A DNA stretch of 64,000 bases from Candidatus Thorarchaeota archaeon (GCA_048882045.1 JBHLRZ010000004.1:85257-149256), one strand, 5' to 3'; shown: positions 1 to 8,673, numbered from the stretch's first letter. The notes: generated from the letters alone by a model not told the origin. Translations and numbers: made by a program.

Positions 1-332
1 TCTAATGCCTTCTTAAAGGGGGTCTTGTCAATGTACAAAGTCACAGTTCGCGCACGGGTGTCTCGAGAGGGAATACCTCCTCTCATCCCTCCATCAATCA
101 TTCTCCTGATGAAGAAGTTCATCTTTCTTATTGTTGGAAGTTCATAGAAATCAAATTGAGGATTGTTTTCCATGAGATGGACTAAGAATGGCACCCAACT
201 ATCAACGAGGCTCTGTTGCCACATCTGAAAGGGGACGAGTAGGATGTTGTATTCTCCCTTTAATTCAGAAGGGATTCTAATCGTCTTCTTGTTCAGATTG
301 TCACCAACCACATCTGGAAATTTCGCGATCAT
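1..332 (-). CDS. hypothetical protein, C-terminal part cut off by window edge
   Basis: ATG (complement of 330-332) opens a frame of 110 codons with no stop that runs off the window start (MIAKFPDVVGDNLNKKTIRIPSELKGEYNILLVPFQMWQQ...). It is absent from the ORF track because no stop lies in the window. No family recognised. Confidence 0.45.
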   Translation of the reverse strand, partial: MIAKFPDVVGDNLNKKTIRIPSELKGEYNILLVPFQMWQQSLVDSWVPFLVHLMENNPQFDFYELPTIRKMNFFIRRMIDGGMRGGIPSRDTRARTVTLYIDKTPFKKAL

Positions 333-417
333 TACAGCAACTCATAAATTCACAATTGTTATCAATCTTATCAAAGCACTCAAGTCTGAATTGACGGTGT
401 TTACTTGAGGGAAAAAT

Positions 418-864
418 ATGAACCTGAATCCAGAAGTAAAGAAACGAATTGACAAAGTATTAGATTCCCAAAAGATAGCTGTCCTTGGAACATCAAAAGA
501 CGGTGAACCATATTCATGTCTTGTAGGGTTTGCTATGACTGAGGATCTGTCTGAACTGGTCTTTGCAACAATGCGTCAGAGACTCAAATACAAGCAAATG
601 CAAGCAAATCCTAGAGTCACTCTAATGATCGATGACAGAGATGTTCAAAACAGTGACTTCAATGATACGACCTCTCTCACAATTGTTGGTTCCGCTGAAG
701 ATGTGATGGGAAAAGATCGTAGTAAATATGCAACAAAACTGCTGGAGCAGCATCCTGTTCTTACGGAATTTGTGCAGTCTCCTGGCTGTGCAGTGATTAG
801 GGTCGCTGTCGATAAGATCTATGTTGTGAGTGAGTTTGAGTCTATTGTGAAAGTTAGTGTCTAA
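418..864 (+). CDS. pyridoxamine 5'-phosphate oxidase-like FMN-binding split-barrel protein
   Basis: 148 aa. The pattern KIAVLGTSKDGEPYSCLVGF...ANPRVTLMIDD...AVIRV is typical of the PNPOx-like/general stress protein 26 fold. Confidence 0.6.
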   Translation: MNLNPEVKKRIDKVLDSQKIAVLGTSKDGEPYSCLVGFAMTEDLSELVFATMRQRLKYKQMQANPRVTLMIDDRDVQNSDFNDTTSLTIVGSAEDVMGKDRSKYATKLLEQHPVLTEFVQSPGCAVIRVAVDKIYVVSEFESIVKVSV

Positions 865-875
865 TTGGAAAGAAG

Positions 876-1307
876 CTAAACAGAATCAATTTCTCTTATC
901 CTATTTCTGACGATATCAGGAAGTGTTGTTCTCTCAGAGGTCTTGTAATCATATACAACCATCTTGGATTCACCAATGGCAGCAATCCCCTTAGTTTTAC
1001 TCTCAATGATATATTCCATAATGAATTGGGTTGGTTCAACAGAAGTCACACGAGCGCCTACCGTTATTGTATCAGGATAAAACAGGGGTTTGATGAATTT
1101 GGCTGAGATACTGCCTAAAATTGGACCTATGGAATTCTTCTCCATTGATTCAAGGAACCCGGCGCTCTCAAAATATCTTATACGGGCAGTTTCAAAGTAT
1201 CTGAAGAATTTTGTATTGTTTACATGATTAAAGGAGTCCATATCTCCCCACGCAATAGGGATCTCGACTTTGAGGTTGAAATCATCCAATGATGCCACGT
1301 ACAACAC
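876..1307 (-). CDS. acyl-CoA thioesterase, hotdog fold (YbgC/4HBT-like)
   Basis: 143 aa. N-terminal motif VEIPIAWGDMDSFNHVNNTKFFRYFETARIRYFE matches the 4HBT thioesterase active-site region (D..GHV.N). Confidence 0.7.
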   Translation of the reverse strand: MLYVASLDDFNLKVEIPIAWGDMDSFNHVNNTKFFRYFETARIRYFESAGFLESMEKNSIGPILGSISAKFIKPLFYPDTITVGARVTSVEPTQFIMEYIIESKTKGIAAIGESKMVVYDYKTSERTTLPDIVRNRIREIDSV

Positions 1308-1554
1308 TTCCAGAGCAATCGAAAATGAATATCTTTGATCTGATAAAAAGGTGAAGATATGCCTTTTATTGGAAGAATGCGAATCCTTTAGTACAAGGAA
1401 GTGATAGAAAATCGGTGTGGGCGTCCGTGAGGAAGCATGGTAAACTGACCTTCCATTAGTTTACCACACCCAATGTCTTCTTACTATCGCCCACCCCTTT
1501 TGAAGTCCTATTCTTTTAGGTGTGACTACTCGGAAATTCGCGAAGGGAAAAGAG

Positions 1555-2115
1555 ATGTCTAACTCTATCTATCTCCTCAGACATGCGGAAACAAATATTG
1601 ATCTGTCCAGACCAGCGAGAAACTGGTCAATCTCTCTTGATGGTAAGGAGAAAGCAAGAGATCTCGCATCGACTGAAGTTTTTGGCACCATAGATGGAAT
1701 AGTTCATTCGAGCGAGAAGAAAGCCCGACAGACTGCAGACATATTCGCAGAAAATCTTGATATACAGATGTATGAGTTGTCTGGTCTGGATGAGCTTAAA
1801 CGTGAACATGTGGGTATACTCACTGAGACGGAGTATCGATCACGCGTTCGTAGTACACTCACAAACATGGATGAACCAGTTATTGGATGGGAATCAGGAG
1901 CGGCTGCACTCGAGCGGTTTGAGAATGCAGTTAATCAGATCAATATCATGTTCCATCAGAAGAACATTCTTGTTGTATCTCATGGTATCGTCCTGACTGC
2001 ATACTTCTGTAAGCTCAAGAACTTCCAAGCGATTGCATATGAACGCTGGAATCAACTGAAGTTCCTAAACTGGGGTATGGTGCGTGATGATCGTGTCCTG
2101 ATTGACATCGTATAG
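1555..2115 (+). CDS. histidine phosphatase family protein (phosphoglycerate mutase-like)
   Basis: IYLLRHAET (RHG-type motif) and a C-terminal VVSHGIVL histidine. The track ORF starts at GTG 1522; the first ATG at 1555 is taken as the start. Confidence 0.7.
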   Translation: MSNSIYLLRHAETNIDLSRPARNWSISLDGKEKARDLASTEVFGTIDGIVHSSEKKARQTADIFAENLDIQMYELSGLDELKREHVGILTETEYRSRVRSTLTNMDEPVIGWESGAAALERFENAVNQINIMFHQKNILVVSHGIVLTAYFCKLKNFQAIAYERWNQLKFLNWGMVRDDRVLIDIV

Positions 2116-2165
2116 TCACCCAACCTTTTTCTATAGTATTGCATTGCATGGTCCAGTGATGTGAC

Positions 2166-2678
2166 ATGGTAACGATTACCAAGCCAATGATAACCTCCTT
2201 TTCCAAATTCAAGTCTGCTTGGGAGAAGGATGCTGGAAAACCTGAAAATACAATCATGTTTTATCTCATAGCCGCACTAAATGTCGAGAAGGATCCTGAC
2301 CTCGGTGAAGCTATGATGACGGTAGTGGTTTCGAAGAGAGATTGCATGGAATCTGGAGATTCGCCTTCTGGATTCAAGCTTCGGCCAAGTGCAAAGTACT
2401 TTGTTGGCCAGTTCAAGAGGAATCCAAACATTGCTCGTTCCTATGTCGGTGGAACCTACAAGAATGGCTACAAGTATGACAAGAATAACTTGACCATGAC
2501 TATTGTTTCGAAAAAGGAGCATGGCAAGGGTCTAAAGATCTTCATTGATAGTGGTGGCAAGGACTTGGACACTCCGGTTCAAGTAGCGCAAAACTCAAGC
2601 GGACAGTGGAAGATGATTGAGTTTTCATCCATCGCTACTGGTGTTCGTAAGACTGTCGAAGAAGAAGGCGATTTCTAG
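2166..2678 (+). CDS. hypothetical protein
   Basis: 170-aa ORF with non-repetitive, coding-like composition, followed by a palindromic hairpin. No family recognised. Confidence 0.5.
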   Translation: MVTITKPMITSFSKFKSAWEKDAGKPENTIMFYLIAALNVEKDPDLGEAMMTVVVSKRDCMESGDSPSGFKLRPSAKYFVGQFKRNPNIARSYVGGTYKNGYKYDKNNLTMTIVSKKEHGKGLKIFIDSGGKDLDTPVQVAQNSSGQWKMIEFSSIATGVRKTVEEEGDF

Positions 2679-2679
2679 A

Positions 2680-2697
2680 AAGGGGCATATGCCCCTT
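2680..2697. terminator. perfect 18-nt palindrome/hairpin between convergent genes
   Basis: AAGGGGCATATGCCCCTT lies 2 nt after the TAG stop of 2166..2678, between convergent genes. Confidence 0.45.
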
Positions 2698-2801
2698 CTC
2701 TCCTATTATTTTGATATTTCATGGGAAGATTATTTCATAATCAACGAAATGGTTTCTACTGACCAGCTGCCTAATTTGAAGTCCGTTTCTTCTTCTATGA
2801 T

Positions 2802-3296
2802 TTACTCGTCGTGAAGTGTGGTTAAGTTCTGAATTACATCAGGACAGACCTTGACATCATCTGATAGAACATTGATGTAGCGGATGATTCCTTTCTTATC
2901 AATAATGAAGAGACCTCTTTTGCCATAACCTTCACCTGGTGAGAAACAATCATAGCCAAGTGTTACATCTCCAACAGGTTCATGGTCCGACAGCAATGGA
3001 AAACCTATCCCTCCGAGGCTCTGAGACCATGCCTTGTTGGTTCTCACAGTGTCCATGCTGATACCCAAGACCTGTGTATCCAGCTCTTTGTATTTCAGTA
3101 GGTTCTCTTTGTAGAGTAGAAGGTAGTTCTTGCACGAATCATTAAGGTCTCCGGGATTCAATGCTAGAAGGATATTGTATTTCCCTCTGTAATCTGAGAG
3201 CTTTACCATATTCCCATCTTGATCGGGTAACTCAAAGTCAGGAGCTTCTTCCCCAATATTTAGACAAACCTTTTGTTGACGCAATATCATTTCCAT
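2802..3296 (-). CDS. peroxiredoxin-like protein (AhpC/TSA, Bcp-type) with atypical active-site motif
   Basis: EEAPDFELPDQDGNMVKLSDYRGKYNILLALNPGDLNDSC...KRGLFIIDKKGIIR. This is the thioredoxin-fold Prx layout, but with P-x3-N-x2-C instead of P-x3-T/S-x2-C. Confidence 0.7.
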   Translation of the reverse strand: MEMILRQQKVCLNIGEEAPDFELPDQDGNMVKLSDYRGKYNILLALNPGDLNDSCKNYLLLYKENLLKYKELDTQVLGISMDTVRTNKAWSQSLGGIGFPLLSDHEPVGDVTLGYDCFSPGEGYGKRGLFIIDKKGIIRYINVLSDDVKVCPDVIQNLTTLHDE

Positions 3297-3458
3297 TCAC
3301 ACACATCAAATAGTTAACAATAGTTAAATCATTTTGTATTAGTGATTCCTCTTCAGATTTCCATCACTAATCAATACTTACAGCTGGCGACCATGAGCAT
3401 ACTAGGATTGGAAGCACATTTCCCAATTCTTATACAGAAACTCTACAGAGATAATTCG

Positions 3459-4148
3459 ATGTGCGGTCGTTTCTCCCTTCTGACATATGCAGAGAAACTA
3501 GCGGAGCGTTTCAATGTTCAGGAGGTCATTGACAGACCTGATCCCATTTACAATATAGCTCCATTGCAGATGGTGGCGACTGTTGTACAGAGGGAGACCC
3601 GCCAGTTGGTCCTGATGAAGTGGGGTCTCGTTCCATCTTGGGCTGATGACATATCGATAGGAAACCGTCTTATCAATGCCCGTGCTGAGTCCATAGCTAC
3701 CAAGCCATCATTTCGGGCGGCCTTCAAAAAGCGGCGCTGTCTGATCATATCAGATGGATTTTATGAATGGCAAAAGGTGGGCAAGGTCAAAAAACCTATC
3801 CATGTCCGATTGAAGAATCGTGAGCCATTTGCATTCGCGGGACTCTACGAGTATTGGAACAAGACCAAATCAGGAAAATCCCTCCAGACATGCACAATCA
3901 TTACAACTTCTCCAAACAGGCTCATGAAGTCAATACACCACAGGATGCCTGTCATTCTGCGTCCAGAGTTTGAGGACAAGTGGCTCAATCCGGAAGCAAA
4001 AGCCGAAGAGCTAGAGGCAATGCTTCAACCTTACCCTGCTGAGGAGATGGAAGCCTTCGAGATCTCCAAGTATGTGAATAATCCTCGAAATCAAGGGCCT
4101 GAGTGTATCCAACCTGTAGATGAAACAATTCAGACAACCCTCCTCTGA
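3459..4148 (+). CDS. SOS response-associated peptidase (SRAP/YedK/HMCES family)
   Basis: Begins MCGRFSL, with the obligatory Cys2. Also has LINARAES and HHRMPVIL motifs. The track ORF (3342) is over-extended, because SRAP proteins need Cys directly after the initiator Met. Confidence 0.85.
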   Translation: MCGRFSLLTYAEKLAERFNVQEVIDRPDPIYNIAPLQMVATVVQRETRQLVLMKWGLVPSWADDISIGNRLINARAESIATKPSFRAAFKKRRCLIISDGFYEWQKVGKVKKPIHVRLKNREPFAFAGLYEYWNKTKSGKSLQTCTIITTSPNRLMKSIHHRMPVILRPEFEDKWLNPEAKAEELEAMLQPYPAEEMEAFEISKYVNNPRNQGPECIQPVDETIQTTLL

Positions 4149-4307
4149 ATTTCGTATTGCGGCCCAATGGGAATGGCGTGTCCTCAGGGGAATGTAGGGA
4201 ATTTGACCTCGTGATATTCTCCTCTGTTCTTTTTCCAATATTTGATTTTAATCAATGATGTAGAAGTTTCTGGGCTCATTTCACCCTACCAGATGTAAGC
4301 ATAATAC

Positions 4308-4337
4308 TTATATAATGTAATACTATTACAAATTACA
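4308..4337 (+). promoter_or_regulatory. TATA-like box followed by palindromic operator-like site
   Basis: TTATATAA at 4308-4315, then a perfect 15-nt palindrome TGTAATACTATTACA at 4316-4330 and a third ATTACA half-site at 4332-4337, inside a 505-nt AT-rich gap. Confidence 0.3.
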
Positions 4338-4431
4338 TGATAACCGTAAGAGTTCGCATGGAACAATGACGGTTCGAGGAGATAGATGGCTGTTGAACCA
4401 GCAAACTGATGAAAAATGGAGGTGAAGTGTA

Positions 4432-4533
4432 ATGGCACTCGCAAAAGGAAACTGGAAGAAGTTGAACAACGCCAAGAAGGCTTGGTCTACTGAAGCACTG
4501 GCTCATGCATGGCTCCACAATCACCGTGCGTAA
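4432..4533 (+). CDS. candidate small protein (33 aa)
   Basis: ATG is preceded by GGAGGTGA at 5-6 nt spacing. Encodes MALAKGNWKKLNNAKKAWSTEALAHAWLHNHRA. It is below the 60-aa cutoff of the ORF track. Confidence 0.3.
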   Translation: MALAKGNWKKLNNAKKAWSTEALAHAWLHNHRA

Positions 4534-4653
4534 AGATCTAGGCATCAGCCAAGTGATCAATCATAATGGGAGTGTCCGTATCATGCGGACTCCCTCCTCT
4601 CATTTTCGTACCTGTTATATATCACCGCACATATCCTTGACTGAGGGTATATT

Positions 4654-4929
4654 ATGGCTGAAATTGATGCGCCACCAAGCAGTCGACCGCCGCCTCGGAG
4701 TTCTAGTACAAGTGATATGAGTGGTGGGGGACTCGCAAAAGCTGCAGGAGGATGTTGTGTGACCTTCTGTTTGTGTGTCTTTGCTATCTCATTCCTATTA
4801 GTAGGAATGACAGCATTCTACTATCCATCAATCGGATTCATGTTCACTGGAATTGGTCTACTTCTCCTGTGTGCAGGATTGGCAGCAGCACGATGGGAGT
4901 GGGGTGTTCTCAAGGGCTCAAGCGGATAG
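4654..4929 (+). CDS. small Cys-rich two-TM membrane protein, paralog A
   Basis: 91 aa: MAEIDAPPSSRPPPRSS..., then GGCCVTFCLCVF and a second hydrophobic helix. The start context CTGAGGGTATATTATGGCTGA is shared with paralog B. Confidence 0.6.
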   Translation: MAEIDAPPSSRPPPRSSSTSDMSGGGLAKAAGGCCVTFCLCVFAISFLLVGMTAFYYPSIGFMFTGIGLLLLCAGLAAARWEWGVLKGSSG

Positions 4930-4993
4930 TTATCTTGGGTATTTCAGCTGTCATTATATTCTTCCACTGCTCTCTGCTTCTGAGGGGATATTC

Positions 4994-5251
4994 ATGGCTG
5001 AGATTGAAGCTCCTTCCGGACATCAACCTCCAGAAAACCGCTCTGGTGGGAGTAGTGACCTGAGTACAAAAGGACTCGTGAAAGCAGCCTGTTTTTGTTG
5101 CTTCGTGTATTATGGAATAGGTCTTATCATCGTTAGTCAATGGATGGAATTTTCCATTTGGTCTGGACCCCTATTATTGATTGGAATTTTGTGTTGTGTT
5201 GCAGGCCCTTTACTAGCCATAAACGAATGGAAAGTATTCAAGAGATCTTAG
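4994..5251 (+). CDS. small Cys-rich two-TM membrane protein, paralog B
   Basis: 85 aa from an internal ATG of track ORF 4853..5251: MAEIEAPSGHQPPENRS..., AACFCCFVYYG, then a second TM. Start context CTGAGGGGATATTCATGGCTGA. Confidence 0.6.
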   Translation: MAEIEAPSGHQPPENRSGGSSDLSTKGLVKAACFCCFVYYGIGLIIVSQWMEFSIWSGPLLLIGILCCVAGPLLAINEWKVFKRS

Positions 5252-5296
5252 GATTTTTCTCGGGGATTTTATACTCTTTACCCTGTACAGAAGGGC

Positions 5297-5629
5297 ATGG
5301 AGGCTCAAGTCACCGAACATACTTCGGGCTACATTATCTATGACGCCCGAAGACTTCCTGAGGCTGATACAGTCTATGAGGCAGCGACCAAGATAGCAGA
5401 TGAGATCATGGAGGGCATCGAGCGGCTGACTTTTTCGAACACCATTGAAACTGCCACACTCTTCATAACAGGATCTGGTGCTCAACTCATACTCTTTGCA
5501 CGGTCATTTGATGAGAACCTCATAGCTCCAGCATTTCGGACTACTCTAAGGAGTGTTTCATATGATTCAGACACTGGTTACATCCAACGATATGTGATTC
5601 CAATCCTCGATGTTGAATCCACATCGTAA
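5297..5629 (+). CDS. hypothetical protein
   Basis: 110-aa ORF co-directional with its neighbours. No family recognised. Confidence 0.45.
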   Translation: MEAQVTEHTSGYIIYDARRLPEADTVYEAATKIADEIMEGIERLTFSNTIETATLFITGSGAQLILFARSFDENLIAPAFRTTLRSVSYDSDTGYIQRYVIPILDVESTS

Positions 5630-5699
5630 TCTACGTACATCAGTAAATATATCTAACAACTGATGGTCGCTTGAATATTCGACGGTGTTGGTGTTTGAA

Positions 5700-6749
5700 A
5701 TGGAGATTGAGCTAAGACCATTTGATCCTTTCAAAGCAACCAAAGAAGAATGGAAGGCATTCCATGAGTACCGGTACAAGAGATACCCAGAAGCACATCC
5801 GGATGATCCAATCACAGCAGATGATGTTGTTGAAAAGAACCTTCGGTTCTTGAGAGAAGAGGAATATATTGAGACACACAGTGTTCATCAAAAGGGTGTT
5901 TCAGACGAGTGGATTGGTCTTGTACGCGTGAGTGTTATGAAAGAGTCCTCGCCATCATATGAGGAAAACAAGCATTTTTGCTATGTATACAATCTAGCTC
6001 TTCTGACTCCGTATCGAGGGAAAGGAATTAGCAAACAGCTTCTGGTTGTAGTTCTTGAGTTTGCTGAGAGATACAAGAAAAGAATGATCATTGGCGAAAC
6101 TTCTGAGGATGACGGTAAGAAATTCATCAAGAAACTGAAAGCCGAGGAGGCTCTTTCTGGTTTAGAGAGTCGTTTAGACCTGACAAAACTGGATTGGGAC
6201 ATGGTGAATGAATGGGCAAGAGAGGGGCCAGTTAGGTCTCCTGAATCCAAACTGGAGTTCTTCCAGGATTGTCCAGATGATATCTTAGAAAAGTATTGCG
6301 AGATATATACCGAGGTTGATAACCAAGCTCCAAGACAGAATCTGGATGTTGGTGACTACATAATCACACCTGAGCTTCGTCGAAAATATGAGAAGTATCA
6401 CAAGGATGTTGATGCCACGTGGTTGACCGCCATTACTCGAGAGTCCAATGGTGATATCTCTGGCATGACAGAGGTCCTATATCGTCCTTCCAAGGACCCA
6501 CTCATCTCTCAACACCTCACTGGCGTTTCAGACAAGTATCGTAGTACAGGGAAAGGTAAATGGCTCAAGGCTGTCATGCTTCAAGAAGTCTGTAGGCGCT
6601 TTCCATCTGTCACGACAGTCGTCACCGGAAATGCTACTACCAATGCTGCTATGCTCTCAATCAACAAAAGGTTGGGCTTTAAGGCTCACAGAGAGTCGAT
6701 TATGGCTCAGATGAAGACAGAAGATCTTGAGAAGTATCTTGCTAGGTAA
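5700..6749 (+). CDS. GNAT family N-acetyltransferase (two GNAT-like halves)
   Basis: YVYNLALLTPYRGKGISKQLLVVVLEFAE resembles the acetyl-CoA-binding motif A (R/Q-x-x-G-x-G/A). C-terminal half has NAAMLSINKRLGFK. The first ATG at 5700 is preferred over GTG 5685. Confidence 0.7.
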   Translation: MEIELRPFDPFKATKEEWKAFHEYRYKRYPEAHPDDPITADDVVEKNLRFLREEEYIETHSVHQKGVSDEWIGLVRVSVMKESSPSYEENKHFCYVYNLALLTPYRGKGISKQLLVVVLEFAERYKKRMIIGETSEDDGKKFIKKLKAEEALSGLESRLDLTKLDWDMVNEWAREGPVRSPESKLEFFQDCPDDILEKYCEIYTEVDNQAPRQNLDVGDYIITPELRRKYEKYHKDVDATWLTAITRESNGDISGMTEVLYRPSKDPLISQHLTGVSDKYRSTGKGKWLKAVMLQEVCRRFPSVTTVVTGNATTNAAMLSINKRLGFKAHRESIMAQMKTEDLEKYLAR

Positions 6750-6847
6750 TTTCGCCAAGTCACTTGACAAGACCCTCATCGCAAATTTGACAATCTTTAA
6801 ACAGCTTCAATCGAAATCACAAGAGGAATCATTATCGTATTCAATAG

Positions 6848-8545
6848 GTGGTGGGCTTCTTGAGGAGAGCATTGGCAATAATACTCTCACTGGTCATTTG
6901 TAACCTGTTTGTCCCACTTGTTGCTCTATCGACTCAACCAACAACAGAACTATCACCATCGACTTCAGTTCTTTCTGAAGAGTTGACATTTTCTACATAC
7001 TTTGGTGGCAGTGAAGATGATACTATCCATTGTGTTGTTGCTGATGACTACGGGAACATCTACATTGCAGGTGCCACTTCGTCGAATGACATCCCTTCAG
7101 GTGGTGCCCTAAAGAGACCGTACGCGGGGAATGGTGACTACTATGTGACAAAGGTGAATGCAACTGGCCACATAGTCTACACAACGTATATTGGCGGGGC
7201 GATGTGGGAAGGATACGCAAGTCTACATCCCAGCGGAGGTTGTTGGATAGATGTTGATGATATTGGTCGAGTCTACATGACTGGTTATACAGTGAGTGAA
7301 GATTTTCCAGTTGTGAATGCTTGGGATGACACTTATAGCGGTACTACTGATGCCTTTGCACTAAGACTCAGCGCTACTGGTATAATTCAGTACTCAACAT
7401 ACCTTGGTGGCAATGGTCAGGATGTTGGAACATCCATTTCTGTTGATGACTTTGGAAATGCGTATGTGACTGGAACCACAGAGTCTACTGACTTTCCAGT
7501 TCTGAATGCTTTTGATGACCATCAAAGTGGGGATCGAGATGTGTTCATTTCGAAACTAGATTCAACAGGTCAGCTGAGCTATTCTACATACATTGGTGGC
7601 GGACTTTCTGAGAGCTCACGAACTGGCGGTTCAACTGTCGATGGGAGTGGTAATGCATACATTGTTGGGAACACTAACTCGTTAGATTTTCCCACAGTGA
7701 ATGCATATGACGATTCTTGTGAAGGTATTTCTGGCGACCTCTTCTTTTGTAAGATCAATACAACTGGTCACCTATTAGCGAGTTCATTTTTCGGTGGATC
7801 GGCAACTGATGACCATGGAAACATTGCTGTTGATAGTGCTGGAAACATCTACATCTCGGGTCATGGGTCAGGGAATTTTCCAAAGACTCATACCCTCACA
7901 ACAAATCACAACATGTTTGTGGCTAAGTTTGATAGTAGTGGCGAGAATCTGATTTACTCTGCAGCCTTTGGCGGTTACAACGCTGACAATCCATATGGTC
8001 TGGAAGCCGATGATGATGGTTGTGTGTTTCTTACTGGATCTACATACTCGTCGGACTTTCCTATGGAAAATGCCTATGATGATTTGAAAGGAGGATATAT
8101 GGACAGTTTTCTGGTGAAACTGTCGAGTGGCGGTGACCACATTCTCTTTTCTTCGTACTTTGGTGGGAATTCTGTGGAGTATGGGCTATCACTCACGAAA
8201 ACCAATTCCAGCTATGTCTATCTCGCTGGGATTACGAACTCAACAGATTTTCCATTGGCATCACCAATTGATTCGACATCACAGAATGTTGAAGGTTTTC
8301 TACTCAGAATTGAGGATGTATGGTCAGATATTCCACCTACATCTACAACCTCTACGACTACAACTTCGACCACTACCACCATTACAACAACCTCGCCTTC
8401 TACTACGACGACTCCAATTTCAATCTCCACCTCAGGTGTAGGATTATCTACAGTGGTAATTGACGGTCTTTTGATCGCAGGAATTGGGGTTGAGGTAGCA
8501 ATCATAGTCGTATTTCTTTCACGTCGTCAACGCGACAGACATTGA
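6848..8545 (+). CDS. secreted beta-propeller repeat (SBBP-type) surface protein with Thr-rich linker and C-terminal TM anchor
   Basis: N-terminal signal-like helix. At least 8 repeats of the form Y.GG...D.G..I.VD..GN.Y.TG.T.S.DFP. Tail has TSTTSTTTTSTTTTITTTSPSTTTTP, then a hydrophobic helix and RRQRDRH. Confidence 0.75.
   Translation: MVGFLRRALAIILSLVICNLFVPLVALSTQPTTELSPSTSVLSEELTFSTYFGGSEDDTIHCVVADDYGNIYIAGATSSNDIPSGGALKRPYAGNGDYYVTKVNATGHIVYTTYIGGAMWEGYASLHPSGGCWIDVDDIGRVYMTGYTVSEDFPVVNAWDDTYSGTTDAFALRLSATGIIQYSTYLGGNGQDVGTSISVDDFGNAYVTGTTESTDFPVLNAFDDHQSGDRDVFISKLDSTGQLSYSTYIGGGLSESSRTGGSTVDGSGNAYIVGNTNSLDFPTVNAYDDSCEGISGDLFFCKINTTGHLLASSFFGGSATDDHGNIAVDSAGNIYISGHGSGNFPKTHTLTTNHNMFVAKFDSSGENLIYSAAFGGYNADNPYGLEADDDGCVFLTGSTYSSDFPMENAYDDLKGGYMDSFLVKLSSGGDHILFSSYFGGNSVEYGLSLTKTNSSYVYLAGITNSTDFPLASPIDSTSQNVEGFLLRIEDVWSDIPPTSTTSTTTTSTTTTITTTSPSTTTTPISISTSGVGLSTVVIDGLLIAGIGVEVAIIVVFLSRRQRDRH
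8333..8416 (+). repeat. Thr-codon low-complexity coding tract (linker)
   Basis: A run of ACN/TCN codons encoding PPTSTTSTTTTSTTTTITTTSPSTTTTP. Confidence 0.7.
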
Positions 8546-8673
8546 ATTCAAATAATTGCTTCATGAACTGAACTTTTCATTCTCTTCTCATTTGTTGGCT
8601 TCATAAGACACTACCATAGCCGATGAATGAAGAGGAGGTTTCATATGTGTGCTATAGTCTCAATTAGCTCAGG

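Noticed and set aside
1414-1471. Nested inverted repeats (GGTAAACT-N11-AGTTTACC flanked by GGTGTGG/CCACACC) considered as an ncRNA
   Set aside because: The stems are short and partly mutually exclusive, and they lie in a divergent promoter region. There is no independent support such as conservation or promoter/terminator signals.
3342-3458. N-terminal 39-codon extension of the SRAP ORF
   Set aside because: SRAP/YedK proteins use Cys2 as the catalytic residue after Met removal. The internal MCGRF at 3459 must therefore be the true start.
4333-4720. Track ORFs 4333..4560 (-) and 4505..4720 (+) in the AT-rich gap
   Set aside because: Their composition is not protein-like, and they overlap the start of the better-supported gene at 4654. 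The region is treated as regulatory or small-ORF space instead.
8333-8416. Short-period nucleotide repeats (also at 35773..35865, 63285..63356, 36729..36840) considered as CRISPR or tandem-repeat loci
   Set aside because: They are in-frame codon repeats (Thr/Pro linkers, an acidic tail) within long ORFs, with no spacer/repeat organisation.
8127-8505. ORFs 8127..8441 (+) and 8218..8505 (-) overlapping the end of the SBBP gene
   Set aside because: They are artefacts of the Thr-codon low-complexity tract, which stays open in several frames (poly-Val/Glu or Leu/Gln/Pro translations).
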